Shown here one piece after another: positions 17,443 through 25,887 of a stretch of 41,003 bases of DNA. This stretch comes from a virus (taxonomy: Duplodnaviria; Caudoviricetes). Each line of letters opens with the position of its first letter. Position 1 is the stretch's first letter. The notes under the pieces were generated by a model, which made no database searches, had not been told where the DNA came from, and saw only the letters and a list, made by a program, of their open reading frames with translations. The DNA lies in IMG/VR virus record IMGVR_UViG_3300046786_000067, positions 1 to 41,003 of that record, one strand, 5' to 3'. The translations under genes and the position numbers were made by a program.

Positions 17443-19952
17443 TTAGTTGGTTTTGGTTGGTTTTTGGAAACGTTCTGCAAGGCTGCAGTACGGGCTTGCA
17501 AGTCCATTTGCTTCTGGTTTCTTGCGATGTCGGCACCCATCTGGAAGCCGGCACGTTCTTGCTCAAACTGAGCTTTAGCTTTGCTTTCGTTGATTTGTGC
17601 ACCAACGCGCAATGCCTCGAGCTCCAGTTGACCTTTGACCTTTTCTTTCTCCAACTCCAACTTGTCGGCGGCAGCGGCTGCGTCTGTGGCGAGCTTCTGC
17701 GCTTTGAGCTGGACTTCCTGTGATTTGATCTGCAACTCTTGCTGCTGCATCTGAAGGACGGGGTCTTGTGCTTGTTGCTGCGCTTGCTGCTGAGCCGCTT
17801 GCGCTTGGTCTTGCATCAACACTTGCTGGGCTGCCTGAGCCATCATGCCTGACAAGGCAATCTCGATCTCTGGTGGCAACTGTTCGCCCTCGGGAGGCAT
17901 CGGCATACCAAGCTGCTGCTCGATCTTCTGACGCATCTGGTAACCAACGTGCTCTGCAATGTGGGCAGTAATGGCACCCATGATCTTGGGGGCCTGTGGG
18001 TTTTGACCGATGAACTGCTGGATGGTTGGGTCTTGCAAGAGCAACATGTGCACTTGGATGTGTGCCGTGTGATCTTGGTGCATGAATGCTTTCATGGGCT
18101 TGCCAGTCAACGCATTCTGATTTTCTTGCACTGGGTCGACAGGTTTCATGTCTTCCTCAATGGGTACCAGTTTTTCCGCGTTCTTGATGCCCAAGACATT
18201 GAGCATACCGCGATGCAACTCTGGCAAGTTGTAAATGTCCGGAGCCATCTGCGCCATCTGGATCACAGCTTGGTACTGGATAACGCGCTGAGACATGGTC
18301 GCAGCGTTGGGATCTGACACGGGGATCACGTCCACCAAGTCATAGTCCGCTTTCTTGGCTTTACGGCCGCCGTACTCAGGCTCGTATGTGTAGTCTGGGT
18401 CTGTGTAGTCGCGGATGATGTTCTTCAAGAGCTTCAACTCTTGCTTCAAAGCGAAGTGCACACGGGCTTGAACAGCCGTCATCACTTTCAGCTGACGCTC
18501 GAGGAGAGCCAGCGTCGTACCCACAGGAGCCTGCGCAGACATGTCAGACACCTTCATGTCAGCAGTCGCGGCAAAGCGACGACCTTCATCAACGATGGTC
18601 TGCATCAGGTTAAACAGCGTGGCACTTGGCTCTTTGTAGGGCAAAGGCAGGATGCTGTCACGGATGTTGCCAGAGGCTACATCAACATCGCGCCATTCGC
18701 CGGGAGCAATCGGTGTGTCATCACCTTTGATTCGCAGTCCTCGGGATTTGAGACCGCCGGGAAGGTTAGACAAGGTGCCTGCATCCACCAGTTGGCGCAT
18801 GAGGGACGTGGCTGACTTGGCAAAACCACCAATAAGATGGAAGAGGCCGAAGCCGTAGGCGCCGAAGCCGGGGATGTATTGGTAATGCACAAAGTGCTGG
18901 CGCTTGAGGCGAAGGTCATCGTCTTCTTTCCAGTTGCGGCGAATAGACAGGATGTCGTTTGTGCCCTTGATGATGGTCACGACGTACGGCAACATGATGC
19001 CGGTCTCTTCTTCCTCACCGTCTTCGCCCTCGGTCATGTCCTCGTAACCTTCGAGGTTCAAGTCCACGTGGCACTCATAGATCGTGTAGCGGTCGTCGTT
19101 CAGGTCGTTGAAACCTGTCTCTTTGTCCTTGGCTTTCTGAATATCGGTGCGATCTTTGGGCGCATCAGGCAGCTCGATGTCGAGGTAAAAGCCAGCTTGC
19201 TGGAGCTTGATGACTTCATTCTTGGTCTTGCGCATGACGTGCGTGATGCGGTGGCAAGTGTCCAGATCAGTTGCGCCGTAGGGCAACAAAATGTCTTCGG
19301 CCGGCACAAACATGGAGACCTGACGTCCCAAACTGGGATCAAAGTACACCTTCTTGAACGCCGAGCCTGTGGCTGGCAGTGACCAGAGCATGCGCTCGTG
19401 CTCGGAGCGGTACTCGGTCATGTTCTCCGTCAACTCGAAGTTCATGTCATCTTCAACGTTGGCAGCTTTCTCTTTGATCTCGGGTGTCTCTTTACCGATG
19501 ATCTTGGAGCGCACGGGGCCTTGGGCTGGGAACGTCTCGGTGATTGTCTCGGCTTGGAAGCGCACAACGGCTTCTGTAATCATTGGGTGGAACACACCGC
19601 AAGCGCCTTGCCATGGCTCGGTGCGCTCCTCGATCTGAAGGCCCAAGAGCTTCAAGCCGTCAACGTAAGTCTTCTCCCACTCTTTGCGTGAAGCCTTGTC
19701 GTTGTCAATGTCAGAGACCAAGTCACCAGCGAGGGACTGCAACGCGCCGTCATCGATGTACTCGGCCAAGTTGTCGTCAAAACCTTCTTCGGTTTCGTCA
19801 TTGCCGCCAAGCAAGTCAATCTCTACACCGTCCATGCCAATGGTGACTTCTTCGGGATCAACGATCTCGATCTCCAGCGGTGACTCTTGTTCTCCCAGTG
19901 CGTCGATGCCAGTGGGTTGCTGGTACAGCGCTTTGTCGATGTTCGTTGCCAT
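17439..19952 (-). CDS. Portal protein with long Gln-rich C-terminal coiled coil
   Basis: 837 aa after TerL; GSAFKKVY, PGFGAYGFGL motifs. Confidence 0.85.
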   Translation of the reverse strand: MATNIDKALYQQPTGIDALGEQESPLEIEIVDPEEVTIGMDGVEIDLLGGNDETEEGFDDNLAEYIDDGALQSLAGDLVSDIDNDKASRKEWEKTYVDGLKLLGLQIEERTEPWQGACGVFHPMITEAVVRFQAETITETFPAQGPVRSKIIGKETPEIKEKAANVEDDMNFELTENMTEYRSEHERMLWSLPATGSAFKKVYFDPSLGRQVSMFVPAEDILLPYGATDLDTCHRITHVMRKTKNEVIKLQQAGFYLDIELPDAPKDRTDIQKAKDKETGFNDLNDDRYTIYECHVDLNLEGYEDMTEGEDGEEEETGIMLPYVVTIIKGTNDILSIRRNWKEDDDLRLKRQHFVHYQYIPGFGAYGFGLFHLIGGFAKSATSLMRQLVDAGTLSNLPGGLKSRGLRIKGDDTPIAPGEWRDVDVASGNIRDSILPLPYKEPSATLFNLMQTIVDEGRRFAATADMKVSDMSAQAPVGTTLALLERQLKVMTAVQARVHFALKQELKLLKNIIRDYTDPDYTYEPEYGGRKAKKADYDLVDVIPVSDPNAATMSQRVIQYQAVIQMAQMAPDIYNLPELHRGMLNVLGIKNAEKLVPIEEDMKPVDPVQENQNALTGKPMKAFMHQDHTAHIQVHMLLLQDPTIQQFIGQNPQAPKIMGAITAHIAEHVGYQMRQKIEQQLGMPMPPEGEQLPPEIEIALSGMMAQAAQQVLMQDQAQAAQQQAQQQAQDPVLQMQQQELQIKSQEVQLKAQKLATDAAAAADKLELEKEKVKGQLELEALRVGAQINESKAKAQFEQERAGFQMGADIARNQKQMDLQARTAALQNVSKNQPKPTK

Positions 19953-19960
19953 GTGTATTC

Positions 19961-21502
19961 CTAGTAGTATTCGTACGTCTTACGGCGGAAGAACGATGGT
20001 TCGTCTTGCTCGTCCGTGTCCAAAGAAATAAAGCCGCCTTGCCTGAAGCGCAGCAGCGCCTGTGTTGTCGTATCCACGAAGTCGTCGTGCTCGCCCACAG
20101 GGAAAGCCGCCATCTCTTCAATTACCTCGCGTGCCCAGCGGGTGTCCGGTGCCCAGACTTTACCACTGCTGAATAAATCCGCAACTGCATTGACACGAAC
20201 AGTCTTGTCGTTACCACGGGACGGGCTGAACTCTTGGACGGGGATGCCCATGGCCCTGAGCTCCTGAATCAGCGGCGCCCCCGCCGCTTTCTTCTCAACA
20301 ATAAAAGCATCCGGCTCCCAGTCTTTGTAGTGCTTAAGTGCAACAGTCTTAAGTTCAGGGAAAGCCATGCGATCTTTAAACGCATCCAAAAGGATAAGCT
20401 GGGGCGAATCATTTTCTTCTTCGTTGTAGAAGATGCCCCACGTGGTGCAGGCGCTGTAGTCGGAGTTGTTCTTAGTCTCAAAGGCTGTATCCCATGACTG
20501 GATGATGTATTCACAGCGTGGGGGCTCGTCGCCTTCCCAGATCCGCCACATTTTGCGTGACACGATGGCAGAGTTCTCAGCCGTTGGCTGCTGCATGTAC
20601 TGCGCGTTCCAATACCGTGGGTCGATACTGGCCTTGGTCGATTTCAGAGCTTCTAGCGGCCACTGCTCTGGCCACAGAGACTTCTCGTTCTCTTGGTCTT
20701 CATTGAGGATGGCAGGCAGCTCCACGATCTCCCAAGGTATGGCCTCTGGGTTACGTGCTTGGTAGTCAATCAGGCGGCCAGTCAGGTCAAGCAAGGACCA
20801 ACGGGTCATAATCACAATGATCGCACCCCCCGGCATCAGACGCTGCAAGGGGCCAGTCTGGAACCAAGACCAAGCTGTGTCAAAAGCTAGGCGCGAGTTG
20901 GACTTTACATCTTGTTCTGAATGTGGGTCATCAATAACAAACAAGTCAGCACCACGGCCGGCAAGTGCGCCTCCCACACCAGCAGCGTAATACTGACCGC
21001 CAGCAGAAGTCGACCACTTTCCTGCGGCCTTTTGGTCGTCTGCCACCATAGTTTGTGGAAAAACTTCACGGTATTCCTCCGAGTCAATCAGATTTCGCAC
21101 GCGACGACCGAAGTCTTCCGACAGACCCGCAGTGTGCGTGCCCATGATGATCTTCTTCTCAGGGTACTTGCCTAAAAAATAAGCAGGGAACAGGTATGAG
21201 CTGAACTCAGACTTACCCATACGTGGCGCAATGTTGATAATCACGCGCTTTTTCTTGCCCTCGACCACGTCGGTGAAGATCTTGGCCAGCTTCTTGTGGT
21301 GCGGACCGATCTTGAACCCCGGATACACCGCTTGGGCGAAGCCCAGCATGTTTGTTTTTGCCGCTTGCAGCTTGGCGCGGGACTCGCGCAGCTCCAAATC
21401 TTGGAACAACTCCATCTTTTCTTGGGTGGTCATGTGCGGCAAGGCCTTGGCCATGGCCTCGAGCTCCAGCTTACTGAGCGTTGTGAAGTTTTCAGGCTTC
21501 AT
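19961..21502 (-). CDS. terL: Terminase large subunit
   Basis: Walker A APRMGKS, Walker B FVIDD, MTRW, QSWDTA, HDDFVDT; start at ATG 21502. Confidence 0.95.
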   Translation of the reverse strand: MKPENFTTLSKLELEAMAKALPHMTTQEKMELFQDLELRESRAKLQAAKTNMLGFAQAVYPGFKIGPHHKKLAKIFTDVVEGKKKRVIINIAPRMGKSEFSSYLFPAYFLGKYPEKKIIMGTHTAGLSEDFGRRVRNLIDSEEYREVFPQTMVADDQKAAGKWSTSAGGQYYAAGVGGALAGRGADLFVIDDPHSEQDVKSNSRLAFDTAWSWFQTGPLQRLMPGGAIIVIMTRWSLLDLTGRLIDYQARNPEAIPWEIVELPAILNEDQENEKSLWPEQWPLEALKSTKASIDPRYWNAQYMQQPTAENSAIVSRKMWRIWEGDEPPRCEYIIQSWDTAFETKNNSDYSACTTWGIFYNEEENDSPQLILLDAFKDRMAFPELKTVALKHYKDWEPDAFIVEKKAAGAPLIQELRAMGIPVQEFSPSRGNDKTVRVNAVADLFSSGKVWAPDTRWAREVIEEMAAFPVGEHDDFVDTTTQALLRFRQGGFISLDTDEQDEPSFFRRKTYEYY

Positions 21503-22073
21503 CTGGCTTGTCTTCCGCAACATCGACCACGTCGATCACGCCCATGAACCTGTTGAGCTTGTCTTTGATGCGAGCTTCCAGCTCCACGTCAGACATCTCG
21601 GTCTTCTTGACTTCCACCCGCTCAGTGAACAGCGCAACTTCCGTCACGTTGCCCAGCATCTGCAAAGCTTTGAGCCTGATACGGGCGTCTGGGTGTTTGA
21701 CTTCTTCCAAAATCTGAGCCACGGCGTAGCCGCGAAGTTCTTTGGCCTGCTCAACAAACGCCCAGTCATAGGCGGTGAGCATTCCCACTAGGTGCTGTAC
21801 CGCAGCGGGGGTTTTGACATTGGCTAGCGCTTGTTGCGTATTTGCCACAGGCTGCCCGGTCACCAGAGACGCGAAGGATTTGCGTGCTGCCTCGGCGTCT
21901 GCCTTGGTTTCCACTTCCTCGTCGTCAGCTTCCAGATCCTTGAGCCATTCTGCTGTCTTGACTTTGGCGTCGATGATGTCTGCCGGTTGCACCTTTTCAA
22001 TTGGCGATGGCGCGGCCATGGTGATGTCCACCACGTCTGGTTCAAATTCGCCGTCGATTAGATGTTCAAGCAT
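21492..22073 (-). CDS. Putative terminase small subunit
   Basis: Upstream of and overlapping TerL; helical; RLKALQMLG...LFTERVEV. Confidence 0.65.
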   Translation of the reverse strand: MLEHLIDGEFEPDVVDITMAAPSPIEKVQPADIIDAKVKTAEWLKDLEADDEEVETKADAEAARKSFASLVTGQPVANTQQALANVKTPAAVQHLVGMLTAYDWAFVEQAKELRGYAVAQILEEVKHPDARIRLKALQMLGNVTEVALFTERVEVKKTEMSDVELEARIKDKLNRFMGVIDVVDVAEDKPDEA

Positions 22074-22099
22074 TGCGTAGGGTTAGTACTGGCGTGTAC

Positions 22100-22128
22100 T
22101 TGTTGCCTCGTTGGACACAGTATACAAT
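22100..22128 (+). promoter_or_regulatory. Sigma70-like promoter for putative sRNA
   Basis: TTGTTG-N17-TACAAT. Confidence 0.5.
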
Positions 22129-22148
22129 CAATTCCGGCAACGGTGCAA
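22119..22148 (-). promoter_or_regulatory. Sigma70-like promoter facing terS/late operon
   Basis: Minus strand TTGCAC-N18-TATACT. Confidence 0.45.
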
Positions 22149-22221
22149 CACTTTGTTCATCATTGCTTCTCCTTGAGGTTCGCCTCCTTGAAGCCCCGGC
22201 TAAACCCCGGGGCTCTTTTTT
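22135..22221 (+). ncRNA. Putative antisense sRNA complementary to the early-gene RBS motif
   Basis: Promoter upstream; seed TCATTGCTTCTCCTTG (22160-22175); GAGG-TTCG-CCTC hairpin; terminator. Confidence 0.6.
22192..22221 (+). terminator. Intrinsic terminator
   Basis: AGCCCCGG-CTAAAC-CCGGGGCT then CTTTTTT; no plus-strand CDS upstream to account for it. Confidence 0.8.
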
Positions 22222-22264
22222 ATTGTGCCGTGTCCAACGTTTGACTATTAGTTCTTTGAATTTT

Positions 22265-22786
22265 TTATAGTGGGGTGGGGGGTGTTGTTTTGCGCGGTCT
22301 GCCAACGTTTTTCCTATTTGCCGTTTGCGCATCTAGCGTGGCCCAGCGGCAGTTGTCCAAAAAATATCCGAGATCCCCGTCGATGCGGTCAATCGTTGTG
22401 CCCTCTGGTCTTGGCCCCATGTCTTCGTAGAAACATATCCAACCTGTTTTGCCGTCCTCACCAAAGCGCCAGCGGTCATACACCTCGATGCCGCTTCCGC
22501 CATACTTTGGGTAGCTTGGATACTTCGGGTTAGTGCACCTGCCAATCATGGCCTGCCACGAGCTGTGCGTGAACTCACGTCTCTCCTCCAGCGCCTTGTC
22601 TACCAAAGCTTTTACAAACTTCTCCCGGTAGCACCCACAAGATTTTGTAAGTCCTGCCTTGAGCTTGTCTTGCAGCACCACGCTGGTTTTGCCACAGTCA
22701 CACAAACACAACCAACGTTTTCTGTAATGGGCGTCTGTACTGGCGAGGCTTTGCACCACTAACTGCCCGAATCTTTGGTTTTGCAT
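22265..22786 (-). CDS. Free-standing HNH homing endonuclease-like protein
   Basis: RFGQLVV..WLCLCDCG..KSCGC; W.AMI.RC; YGGSGI; TIDRIDGD.GY..DNCRWAT; ATG 22786 with GGAG. Confidence 0.85.
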   Translation of the reverse strand: MQNQRFGQLVVQSLASTDAHYRKRWLCLCDCGKTSVVLQDKLKAGLTKSCGCYREKFVKALVDKALEERREFTHSSWQAMIGRCTNPKYPSYPKYGGSGIEVYDRWRFGEDGKTGWICFYEDMGPRPEGTTIDRIDGDLGYFLDNCRWATLDAQTANRKNVGRPRKTTPPTPL

Positions 22787-23031
22787 ATTTCTCCATAATG
22801 TAGGGGTATGGTGGGGATTATAGGCCGGATTTTTAAAAATTGGGATTGCGGGTGAGGAATAGTGTTTATGCGCAGTCGGGGCCACGCCGTCAATATGGGC
22901 CGGTGGGGGGCCGGTGGGGTCAGCACAATCCCAAAATCAGCAAGGCCGAATACAGCACCTGAAGAGGGTTACGGATAATTGAGTTGTCGGTTAGGGATTC
23001 GCTCTACCGATTTAACCCAAGGAGAAATTAA

Positions 23032-23424
23032 ATGACTACACAAAACGAAACCCAAGCCTTTGCAGTTCTAGACAAGTTCGCTGACTCCCGCGTTGCGCTC
23101 ATCCAAGGCATGAAGGATGCAGGCTACACCACGCTCGAGCAGTGCGAACCTATCGTGATTAAGTGGGCATGCGCTCGAACTGGCGCGAAGTGGAGCACTA
23201 GCAAGTCAGGCAAGGTCATGATGGTGACAGCAGACCCCAAGTTCAGTTCAGCCAAGACAGCCAAGCGTGACGTCATGCTCATGCTCCAAGGTCAGACGCG
23301 CCGTAACGCCAAGCCCTCGAATGGCAAGACCGAACCCACAGACAATGTAGCTAAGATTATTGAGGCTTTTAACAAACTCTCTGCAACAGAGCAACGCAAG
23401 GTGCTCAAGGCTTTGGCCGTTTAA
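23032..23424 (+). CDS. First early gene, hypothetical
   Basis: CAAGGAGAA RBS; 130 aa. Confidence 0.8.
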   Translation: MTTQNETQAFAVLDKFADSRVALIQGMKDAGYTTLEQCEPIVIKWACARTGAKWSTSKSGKVMMVTADPKFSSAKTAKRDVMLMLQGQTRRNAKPSNGKTEPTDNVAKIIEAFNKLSATEQRKVLKALAV

Positions 23425-23428
23425 AAAA

Positions 23429-23443
23429 GATTCACAGTGAATC
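23429..23443. repeat. Palindrome GATTCAC-A-GTGAATC, copy 1
   Basis: Identical 15-mer at 25172-25186. Confidence 0.85.
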
Positions 23444-23521
23444 CTTTTCGTAGAAGCGTGAGAGCAAGAGGCTCTTGCGCTGTTTCATTTCTTGTCCAAC
23501 TCAACTCAAAGGTAAATAATC

Positions 23522-23680
23522 ATGTACTCAATCATCGTTCGTGCAGGTGGATACAACCACGACTACAAAGCCAATTCAGCGTGTGACGCACACGTTCTGT
23601 TCCACGCCCTGACCAAAACCTTTCTCCACGTGGAGATGTGGCTCGGCACTGACTTGGTTCAACAATACAAAAACTGCTAA
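23522..23680 (+). CDS. Hypothetical 52-aa protein (MYSIIVRAGG...)
   Basis: Translated by hand; AAAGG RBS; fills gap in operon. Confidence 0.65.
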   Translation: MYSIIVRAGGYNHDYKANSACDAHVLFHALTKTFLHVEMWLGTDLVQQYKNC

Positions 23681-23690
23681 GGAGCACACC

Positions 23691-23867
23691 ATGAAACCTA
23701 TTGCTGTCTTGTCCCACATCCTTCTGTCCGTCATCCTCATCGCCTCAATACTCGTAGGCTTACATGGCATGGATGAACACGGCGTTGTTCCCTTGTTCGC
23801 TTTGCTCACCCTTGGCGGATCATTCATCCTCGGCACACAACTCATGCTCATCATCACAGGAGAGTAA
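23691..23867 (+). CDS. 58-aa two-TM membrane protein
   Basis: Translated by hand; AAGGAG RBS; two hydrophobic segments. Confidence 0.7.
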   Translation: MKPIAVLSHILLSVILIASILVGLHGMDEHGVVPLFALLTLGGSFILGTQLMLIITGE

Positions 23868-23869
23868 CC

Positions 23870-24082
23870 ATGCGCAACCTCATTCAACCCATCACCCGCG
23901 AACTTGGCATCGTCACCATCCGTGGCCGTGACTACCATATGCAAACCATCAGCTACGGATCACGCCATCAAGTACACATCTTCCGCAAGGGTGCGCTGCA
24001 CCTACGAGGCATGGTCTTCAACACACAGCAAGCCTATGACCAATGGAAGAACGGCATGCACCAACTTGATCTGCCCCTTTAA
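23870..24082 (+). CDS. Hypothetical protein
   Basis: AGGAG RBS; ends in QLDLPL. Confidence 0.75.
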   Translation: MRNLIQPITRELGIVTIRGRDYHMQTISYGSRHQVHIFRKGALHLRGMVFNTQQAYDQWKNGMHQLDLPL

Positions 24083-24104
24083 GATTATTGACGTCAATAA
24101 TCTT
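24081..24104. repeat. Perfect 24-bp palindrome
   Basis: AAGATTATTGAC|GTCAATAATCTT. Confidence 0.9.
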
Positions 24105-24116
24105 CGTTTTGTAAAC

Positions 24117-24408
24117 TGTCCGTGTGTATAGTGCACTTGCTAAGAAGCGTGTAACCCCGCAACCCGCATGAATACTGGCGCTCCGCAATTTGCGTCCAAT
24201 ATATATAATTTTTTATTTATTTATATATATAAGAGAGAGTATTTATGGGGGTGAGCATTTTTCCGTGAGCAAGGACAGACACTTTTGTCCAAGCCTTTTA
24301 GCATTTCAAAAAAAAACTATATATCGCGGACACTTTTCAACCAACGCTAGTATTCATGCGGGTTCAGAACCTACACGATTCTTAGCAAGTGCTTCATACA
24401 CATGGACA
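24117..24408. repeat. Origin-like element: 64-bp imperfect inverted repeats around AT-rich core
   Basis: Arms 24117-24180 and 24345-24408 match 52/64 by hand; A/T-only run at ~24198-24232. Confidence 0.75.
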
Positions 24409-24454
24409 TTCCTGTGCTAAACTGTCCAACTCACTCTCTATTGGATCAATAATC

Positions 24455-25183
24455 ATGTACGAAGACTACATCAACCTCACCCCCAACGAGCTTCACACCC
24501 GACTGATGAAGCGCAAACTCCACCCCGTTGCCATCAACCGCATCAAAGACGAGGTCGCTCAGCTCAAAGAAGCAAGGCGTGTGAACCGCATCACCCGAAC
24601 GCACCGCAAGGCAGAGTGGGCGAACGTCCTTGACCCTTTGCGATACGAACTCAACAGCGCGAAGGTCGGACGCAAGTATGACCTGACTGATACCGCAAGG
24701 GTCGAGGCGTTCGATGCCTACATCGCAGTGATGGAGAAGGTATTGGCCAAGCTGATCCACCCATCCAAGCTACTCGAGCAGACGCCCATGCAGATCGCCA
24801 AGGAACACAACGCATCAGGCAAGGGGTCTCCGATCCGCAATGATGGTGAGCACTGGACAGACTGGGTGCCACAGAAGATCAAGGACACCATCGCCACGGC
24901 GTTCTTCGAACTGGAGCACAGACCCAAGGCCAAGCGCAAGGTGCCCTTTGAGCGCAAGATGCTGCCTGACCAACACGAGAAAGCCAAGCAAAGATTATTG
25001 AAGGCGACACACAAAGAGATCGCCACGCTAGAGCGCAGACAGATGGTCGCACCAACAGATGAACGAAAGGAGAAGATCGCACGCATGCACAAAGCAATCA
25101 AGATTATTGAAGCAATGACAGACAACGAAGCTGTTCCTGCCACATGGAACACGCTGAGTGGAATCGAAAAGGATTCACAGTGA
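24455..25183 (+). CDS. Hypothetical helical, basic protein
   Basis: Likely start MYEDY at 24455; follows origin-like element. Confidence 0.75.
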   Translation: MYEDYINLTPNELHTRLMKRKLHPVAINRIKDEVAQLKEARRVNRITRTHRKAEWANVLDPLRYELNSAKVGRKYDLTDTARVEAFDAYIAVMEKVLAKLIHPSKLLEQTPMQIAKEHNASGKGSPIRNDGEHWTDWVPQKIKDTIATAFFELEHRPKAKRKVPFERKMLPDQHEKAKQRLLKATHKEIATLERRQMVAPTDERKEKIARMHKAIKIIEAMTDNEAVPATWNTLSGIEKDSQ

Positions 25184-25186
25184 ATC
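25172..25186. repeat. Palindrome GATTCAC-A-GTGAATC, copy 2
   Basis: Identical to 23429-23443. Confidence 0.85.
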
Positions 25187-25253
25187 TTTTATGCCGTGAG
25201 CAAGGCGGGGCTGTTGCCCCTGCCCATATTATTTTTAACCCAAGGAGAAGCAA

Positions 25254-25433
25254 ATGAAATACGAAATTACTGTGGACTACACAGACGATGGGCAGTTCGT
25301 TGTTATCTATGACGATGAGCGCAAAGCCCGAGCATTCATCGAAGAAGAACTTAAGTGGGAAACCACTAAGCGGGTGCGTTGCCCGAGCCTGATGGTTGAC
25401 CAAGCGGGTGACTTTGCAAGCTTTACTAAATAA
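25254..25433 (+). CDS. Hypothetical 59-aa protein (MKYEITVDY...)
   Basis: Translated by hand; CAAGGAGAAGCAAATG RBS. Confidence 0.75.
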   Translation: MKYEITVDYTDDGQFVVIYDDERKARAFIEEELKWETTKRVRCPSLMVDQAGDFASFTK

Positions 25434-25444
25434 GGAGAAAGCAA

Positions 25445-25636
25445 ATGAAATCATGTAGAAACTGTGAGATAGCAAAACACGATGGTTACTTCCATGTCAG
25501 GCTGATATGCGGGCTGACTAGGAAAGTAATCGTGCCGTTCTCTAAGCACCTAGAAGAAAACAAGCAATCCGATGCCTTTGCACAGCGCGAAGCTAAGTAC
25601 TGTTCAGCATACACACCCGAAGGAGAAAGCAAATGA
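25445..25636 (+). CDS. Small Cys-containing protein
   Basis: CRNC...C...C; shared RBS motif. Confidence 0.75.
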   Translation: MKSCRNCEIAKHDGYFHVRLICGLTRKVIVPFSKHLEENKQSDAFAQREAKYCSAYTPEGESK

Positions 25637-25857
25637 AAACGAAACACAAAACAAATGTCCAACTCATCAACGATCTGATGTCCCACTCACAGCAAGGGCC
25701 ACTGATGCAGGCGTTCATCATCGAGGCACTCCATGCCTACGCCAAACAGGTCAAGGCATCCAAGAGCAACCCCGAGTGGGCGGCACAAGCCTTCATCAGT
25801 TGGCACTCATGGGGTGTCTGCGCTGAGGAAGTTCTCGAAGCTATCAACAACCGCTAG
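25633..25857 (+). CDS. Hypothetical protein
   Basis: Shared RBS motif; ATGA coupling. Confidence 0.75.
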   Translation: MKTKHKTNVQLINDLMSHSQQGPLMQAFIIEALHAYAKQVKASKSNPEWAAQAFISWHSWGVCAEEVLEAINNR

Positions 25858-25887
25858 TAACTAACCACAACCCAAGGAGAAAACATA

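Noticed and set aside
22128-22163. Minus-strand 11-aa ORF MMNKVLHRCRN behind a perfect RBS motif
   Set aside because: Very short, and the adjacent hairpin and U-tract terminator are oriented for a plus-strand RNA. Kept only as the alternative explanation for the sRNA finding.
201-22270. Numerous plus-strand ORFs in the late arm
   Set aside because: Antisense shadows of well-supported minus-strand genes, without RBS or motifs.
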